Shown here one piece after another: positions 59,263-64,000 of a stretch of DNA of 64,000 nucleotides (position 1 is its first letter; every line of letters begins with the position of its first letter). The translations under genes were made by a program, and so were the position numbers. The notes under the pieces are model-generated. The model saw nothing but the letters and a program-made list of their open reading frames with translations. It had not been told where the DNA came from and made no database searches. The stretch covers positions 86,997-150,996 of the forward strand of contig DAHG01000033.1 in assembly GCA_002495885.1 (NCBI GenBank), in the 5' to 3' direction. This DNA is from Methanocellaceae archaeon UBA148. Lineage in GTDB: Archaea; Halobacteriota; UBA148.

Positions 59263-59329
59263 TGACTACACCACAACTAAAAGGTAGATATCACGGGATT
59301 TGAGCACTCAGCTAGAAATTACATGGGAA

Positions 59330-60154
59330 TCACAAATGAAACTCATCGGACCGCTTGCGGTACCATTCAAACAATTCCCATCCCCATTCAATACCTTCCT
59401 TGGTGGAGTCTATTATATCCTTATTCCAGTCGTATGTACCCTCAAAATTAAACAAACCAAACGATAGGAGACTGTCAGTAATCGTAAAAGCAGCTTTTAA
59501 GTCTTTTTTCATTACGTATAATTTAAGTTTAGAGTTTTTTTCAGAAAGGATTTCTTTCAAGATTTCCTGGTCTATCCCTCCCAATACTTCTTTTGACACT
59601 ACAAGCTCCACACAAATATTTCTCTCGATTGTAAGCTCTTTAAGTAGTGATCCGAAATCAGGGATGAACATGGAAGTTACTCCTCTTATCTCTTTAGCAT
59701 TTCTCAGCATATCGACGAAGCTTGTGAAGACCTGTAAAACATCAGCGGCAGGAGCCTCTATCATACTGGAGTTTTGCAATTCTCCGATTCTCTCAAGCAA
59801 ATGTTCTGGAACACAGCTTAGGTCGTGGTTAAGCCAAAAGTCCTCGTATTTTTCCAATACATCAATCGCCTTAAAAAAATCGAGTAGCTTCAAGGCGATA
59901 ATTTCGCCTATTTTCGTTAACACATAATCCTTAGCTTCATCTTGAAAAATGAGTTTGCCCTTTTCAAGCTCTCTTAGTGCATGTATGGTCGTTGTAGAGC
60001 TTGCCTCCAGTTCATCTCGCAATTCGCTCAGCGGTTTCTTGCCCTTTTTCAAGCTAACTAAAATACCGCTTCTCAGATCAGAACAAGCAGCGAGTCGAAG
60101 CATAGCACAAACAATCTTCGATCTCTTTTTTTCATTTTCATCTGAAGCGCACAT
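59330..60154 (-). CDS. Winged-helix regulator with DUF1724/FilR1-like C-terminal domain
   Basis: SDLR..IL..L..G...L..L, LT..G, FW..HDL...P..LL.RIG.L, GLF..EG.YD, W..ELF..Y. Confidence 0.85.
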   Translation of the reverse strand: MCASDENEKKRSKIVCAMLRLAACSDLRSGILVSLKKGKKPLSELRDELEASSTTTIHALRELEKGKLIFQDEAKDYVLTKIGEIIALKLLDFFKAIDVLEKYEDFWLNHDLSCVPEHLLERIGELQNSSMIEAPAADVLQVFTSFVDMLRNAKEIRGVTSMFIPDFGSLLKELTIERNICVELVVSKEVLGGIDQEILKEILSEKNSKLKLYVMKKDLKAAFTITDSLLSFGLFNFEGTYDWNKDIIDSTKEGIEWGWELFEWYRKRSDEFHL

Positions 60155-60241
60155 TTTCTTTCACATCTCGGGGGTCATAGTACATACATGCATTTTATAG
60201 TATATACCACATGCATTTAGCAAATTTAATTGTAGTTATGT

Positions 60242-60494
60242 ATATAGTTAAGGAATGGAAATATTGTTTAATCTTAGCAATTTTGCTCAAAAAAGGAAAA
60301 AGTTTAAATAGTATATGAAGTACATATGTATCTTGCACAATATTCACAAGCTATTAGTCAAAGATATTGAGTGATTTCATACATATAGTTAATGAATAGA
60401 AATATTGCCTAATTTTGTCAATTTTGCTCAAAAAGAGCAAAAGTTTAAATAGTATGCAATGTAGATGGATATCTTGCATAATGTTCACAAGTTA
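60242..60494 (+). promoter_or_regulatory. Tandemly duplicated ~112-bp promoter block (period 141)
   Basis: 60242-60353 and 60383-60494 are about 80% identical by manual alignment; each holds CAATTTTGCTCAAAAA and the BRE/TATA-like AAAAGTTTAAATA. Confidence 0.8.
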
Positions 60495-60538
60495 CACATT
60501 TAAAAATAACATAAAAATAATATGGGGGGTATAAAAAC

Positions 60539-61705
60539 TTGGAAGAATCGAATCCATTTTCACCCACGTTTCCTGTAAATCCAAAATATTTCGCTAATAG
60601 GAAGGATATCCTATCCTCTTTCAGGAAATCATTTGATAGGTCTAAAAAAACAGAGAGACCTACGCCAGACAACATAGCTATTCTAGGTGATTGCGGCGTC
60701 GGCAAGACTTCTGTGTTAAGGAAATTTGAAGCCATAGCCTTAGAAGAGTTCAAAGATAGGAAGGTATTTTCGGCGATAATCGGGTTTACACCGATTTCTT
60801 GTAATTCTTTCAATTCCATCTTCCAGAAAGTTGTAGATGAAATTAGTGGGAACTTTGTCACAAATACACCTGTTACGACGGAGATGAGAAACGAAATCAA
60901 GGACTGGAGAACTAAATCAATCGGTGCAGGTACAAAAGCTGAATCGGAAGGAGCAAAAAGAGATGAATCAGCTACGAGGATTTTCAGGGATGCACTTATA
61001 GAACTATGGAAAATTCTCGAAAAAAGAGGGATTGATACCGGACTTCTGATGTTGGATGATGCACATTATCTAATCATTGGATGTCCAGATGCCTTGAGTG
61101 AGATCAGGACGTTATTTCAAGAGCTTCCAAAAAATGGATGCAACTTTATATTGTGTATAACCGGGAGAGGTGATATATTTTCAGATGTAAAGGGACATAA
61201 TGGGATTTTTGCTACCTTCTTTAACATTAAGTACACCCTGAATCCTTTTAAATTGAATGAAGTCAGAGATGCCCTCCTAACGCCCTTGAAAATGTCAGGT
61301 TTGGACCTGACAGTTAATGAGAGCGTAATTGAAAAAATACATGATTTAACGATGGGATGCCCGGTTTTCATCAATTTCATAATGAGAGAGTTGGTGTGTC
61401 TAAAGGAAAAGGGTAGAATTACCCTGGGAGATTTTGAGAAAAATTATCGTACCATTATAACATCAATGGGGGCAGAGAGATTTCAGAGTGACTTTTCGAT
61501 AGCGAGCAGTAAGGAGAGAGAAATCTTATTGGCGATGTCAAAATTGTCAGACAGGTTTAGTCCCTCTGACATAAGCATAAAGGACGCCAGGTCACATCTT
61601 CGGTTTTTGATTAAAAAGGGGCTTATAGTGAAACATGAGAGGGGGAAGTATTCACTCTACCACCCATTTTTCAAAGAATATCTGAGGAGTCTGGGTGACA
61701 AATGA
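60539..61705 (+). CDS. Archaeal AAA/STAND-like ATPase with C-terminal winged helix
   Basis: NPF.P..P.....FA.R, GDCGVGKTS Walker A, LMLDDAH Walker B, T.G.P.F, L..KGL.....RG.Y...HP.F..Y. Confidence 0.85.
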   Translation: MEESNPFSPTFPVNPKYFANRKDILSSFRKSFDRSKKTERPTPDNIAILGDCGVGKTSVLRKFEAIALEEFKDRKVFSAIIGFTPISCNSFNSIFQKVVDEISGNFVTNTPVTTEMRNEIKDWRTKSIGAGTKAESEGAKRDESATRIFRDALIELWKILEKRGIDTGLLMLDDAHYLIIGCPDALSEIRTLFQELPKNGCNFILCITGRGDIFSDVKGHNGIFATFFNIKYTLNPFKLNEVRDALLTPLKMSGLDLTVNESVIEKIHDLTMGCPVFINFIMRELVCLKEKGRITLGDFEKNYRTIITSMGAERFQSDFSIASSKEREILLAMSKLSDRFSPSDISIKDARSHLRFLIKKGLIVKHERGKYSLYHPFFKEYLRSLGDK

Positions 61706-64000
61706 ATAGAAGAGAGAGATGTACTAAGTGGATCGTTGTATTGATGGTAGCTTCTCTCTTACTTGTAAGTATCACGCCCACTCTTCAGGGAGCTATGGCA
61801 GATAATGGAATTGTAGATGATGAAATGGGTCCGAGCATAGTATATAGCGAGTACAGCGAGTTGGACCCGGGCCTAGAGAGTGGTTCGAAGCCGATACAGA
61901 TAATATTAGAAAGAGAAATTTCTCTGCAAAGAAAGACAATAACCATTTATTCTAATTCTGATAAGGAGGTAATTGCACACACAAAAATCACAGACGCCCC
62001 AAGGGACTCAATTAAACTGTACAGGACTACGGAAGGAACAAGAGAGCCAGTACGAATAACCGAGTATTTGGATACAAACAACAACGGCTTGGTCGACGAA
62101 ATAAGCTGGACCAGTCCCCGCCTCTCAAGCCAGACATACGAAGTCATAATAGAGATAACCAAAGCAGAACATTTGGATGCAAACAGAAACTTCGTTTCAG
62201 ATATTTACGATGAAGTCAAAGCACTTGATGGCGTCTGGTCTGAAACGATTCCCGACGAAGATTATGTGAGAGTCGTATTTGAACAAAAACTCGATTCATC
62301 AAGGGACATAACCCTGTATCCGAGAGTTGTCTCAGGAAACCCCAGAATAGAGGTTTACGAACTCAATGGAAACAATCTGATTGCAGAATTTAACCCAATT
62401 AATTCAAATGAGTATAACACGGTTTTATTGACAAAGCTGCAAGGAAAACAAGACACTTTTGACTTGCGTGTTGTTGACGGTTCTGTTGAGTTTGAGCATA
62501 TAATTGACCCTTCAAGCGGTAGATACATAAAGACAGTTGAATACAGGTTAGGTTCACAGAACACCGGGGCAGAAACAGCCATAGCGAGCAATGCTTGGTG
62601 GACAGCTACTGCCAGTAAAGAGATATACCTTCCAGAAGATATTGTTGAGATAAAATCCGCATTTGTCGTTCTTAGTGGTTATGCTTATACTGCCACAGAC
62701 CTGACTGCGGTGGCGATTAATTTTGCAGGTAATAGTTATACCCCAGTCACAGCTTTGTATGGGGACCATAGCGGTGAGTCGTATTCATTTTGGGTTATTG
62801 CCAATGTCACAGGTGCTTTTGCCTCTTTCAGCAATCCCATGACAGTAAATGCGAGTTCAAGAGTAACAGGTCCGACACAGGGCGGATTGGGGATGAAGTT
62901 AATCATCACATATACTTACGATGATGCCTCAGAGGAATTAGTAAACACGGTGAAATACCCAATAACTTCCAATACCGCAGCAATGACGAATGGATATTAT
63001 AATGTGAGTTATAATGCATCAATCGCAGAAGCAACTGATGTGAAAGATGCTTGGTTTGAAATACAGGGAGCTGTAGATGGTATAAGTAATGCAGATGCAA
63101 AGATTCAGGCGGGAATAAACAGCGATGCTTTAAGTCCTTATATGCACTTTGAAACTGGTCTCCAGAGTTCGTATGACTTCATGTTCTATTTTGATACAAG
63201 CGGAACAAGTTTTGATGTGAATGCGCAACAAACCTTGAGCATGAAAGGGGCAGATACAGCAGCTATGCGTGGTGTTGGTGCGGAATTAGCCGTAACTTAT
63301 AATTATTCAAGCGATGCACCGAGATTAACAAAAACAGTCAGCCATTTTATGGGGCAGGGGACAACAAGGAATTTGGTAACGCAAAATGCATTCACGAAAA
63401 CCATATCCCTTCCAGAGGATAATGTCGAGATAAAAGCAGTATGGGCAAAGGTAAGCGGTGGGTTTTCACACACAACAGCGGGAACAACAACTATCATCGG
63501 AACCATCGATGGAAATTCTGCAGCAACTCAGGCGTATGCAATGGATGTTCAATTAGCCTCCGGACGGGCTTACCAGCCACTCATATATGACATGAGCAGT
63601 GTGAAAGATGAGTTGTCTGATGGGATCGGAGAGGTTTCTGTAAGTTATCAGTTCTCTCAAAATTTAAACACTCCTCCTGGAATTGATTTGTATATAACTT
63701 ATGAATATGATGCGGACAGCACAGCTCAGCAAAAAACGGTGAAGTATTTTGGCGGACAAACAACAGGAATAACAACATCAAACAGCTTTACAGCAACTAC
63801 ATGGGTTTTGGAAAGCAACCCCCAATTAGTAAGCGGTTATGTTGAAACAATGTCCACAGACACAGATGCAACAGACCCAACACAAACAACGACAATAGAC
63901 GGCTCATCTTCTGTGGCAGTTCAAATAGAATCTGCAGAGATAGGATTTGTAAGAACACTGAATGGGGATGTAAACAATAAATTAAACACCAGCAGCACAG
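61702..64000 (+). CDS. Giant secreted surface protein with tandem ~130-140-aa beta repeats (partial, not in the ORF track)
   Basis: ATG at 61702 overlaps the ATPase stop; the frame is open to the window end (over 760 codons); signal peptide WIVVLMVASLLLVS..GAMA; repeats KTV...LPE..EIK...L.ITY.Y. Confidence 0.9.
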   Translation, partial: MNRRERCTKWIVVLMVASLLLVSITPTLQGAMADNGIVDDEMGPSIVYSEYSELDPGLESGSKPIQIILEREISLQRKTITIYSNSDKEVIAHTKITDAPRDSIKLYRTTEGTREPVRITEYLDTNNNGLVDEISWTSPRLSSQTYEVIIEITKAEHLDANRNFVSDIYDEVKALDGVWSETIPDEDYVRVVFEQKLDSSRDITLYPRVVSGNPRIEVYELNGNNLIAEFNPINSNEYNTVLLTKLQGKQDTFDLRVVDGSVEFEHIIDPSSGRYIKTVEYRLGSQNTGAETAIASNAWWTATASKEIYLPEDIVEIKSAFVVLSGYAYTATDLTAVAINFAGNSYTPVTALYGDHSGESYSFWVIANVTGAFASFSNPMTVNASSRVTGPTQGGLGMKLIITYTYDDASEELVNTVKYPITSNTAAMTNGYYNVSYNASIAEATDVKDAWFEIQGAVDGISNADAKIQAGINSDALSPYMHFETGLQSSYDFMFYFDTSGTSFDVNAQQTLSMKGADTAAMRGVGAELAVTYNYSSDAPRLTKTVSHFMGQGTTRNLVTQNAFTKTISLPEDNVEIKAVWAKVSGGFSHTTAGTTTIIGTIDGNSAATQAYAMDVQLASGRAYQPLIYDMSSVKDELSDGIGEVSVSYQFSQNLNTPPGIDLYITYEYDADSTAQQKTVKYFGGQTTGITTSNSFTATTWVLESNPQLVSGYVETMSTDTDATDPTQTTTIDGSSSVAVQIESAEIGFVRTLNGDVNNKLNTSST

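Noticed and set aside
1-64000. tRNA/rRNA genes, a multi-repeat CRISPR array, an intact transposase or integrase
   Set aside because: None was recognised by eye in the intergenic regions or the ORF track; a tRNAscan/Rfam run would be needed to exclude small RNAs.

Overview
Archaeal core chromosome, most likely Halobacteriota (Methanomicrobia/Methanocellia/Syntropharchaeia-like), judged from a PGF-CTERM sorting signal, mer, cofE, cetZ and the cdc6-sec11-PolD layout. From left to right: (1) a Mo/W-cofactor and formate island (moeA end, mobB, wtpABC, ModE-like regulator, mobA, Tat-exported FdhABC with cytochrome b, TorD chaperone, HdrA/MvhD-derived polyferredoxin); (2) the replication-origin cluster (DP2, DP1, sec11, cdc6, ORB-containing oriC); (3) housekeeping genes (Hef-type helicase, glyS, CBS protein, amidohydrolase, Sec61beta, engB, pfkB, EhaR-like HAD, Alba, mer, lonB, prs, rtcA, kptA, glmM, apgM, thrB, cofE); (4) a four-gene CetZ/PRC-barrel/membrane-anchor operon; (5) a UbiA plus FilR1-like regulator pair divergent from an ATPase and a giant repetitive surface protein that runs off the window. 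The most interesting signals are dispersed single gene cassettes with attC-like ends and a shared 5' boundary motif but no integrase in the window, the CetZ operon, a serpin that shares a 77-nt identical linker with wtpA 33 kb away, an orphan CRISPR repeat abutting a MITE, and several pseudogenes. All calls were made by eye; no database searches were run.
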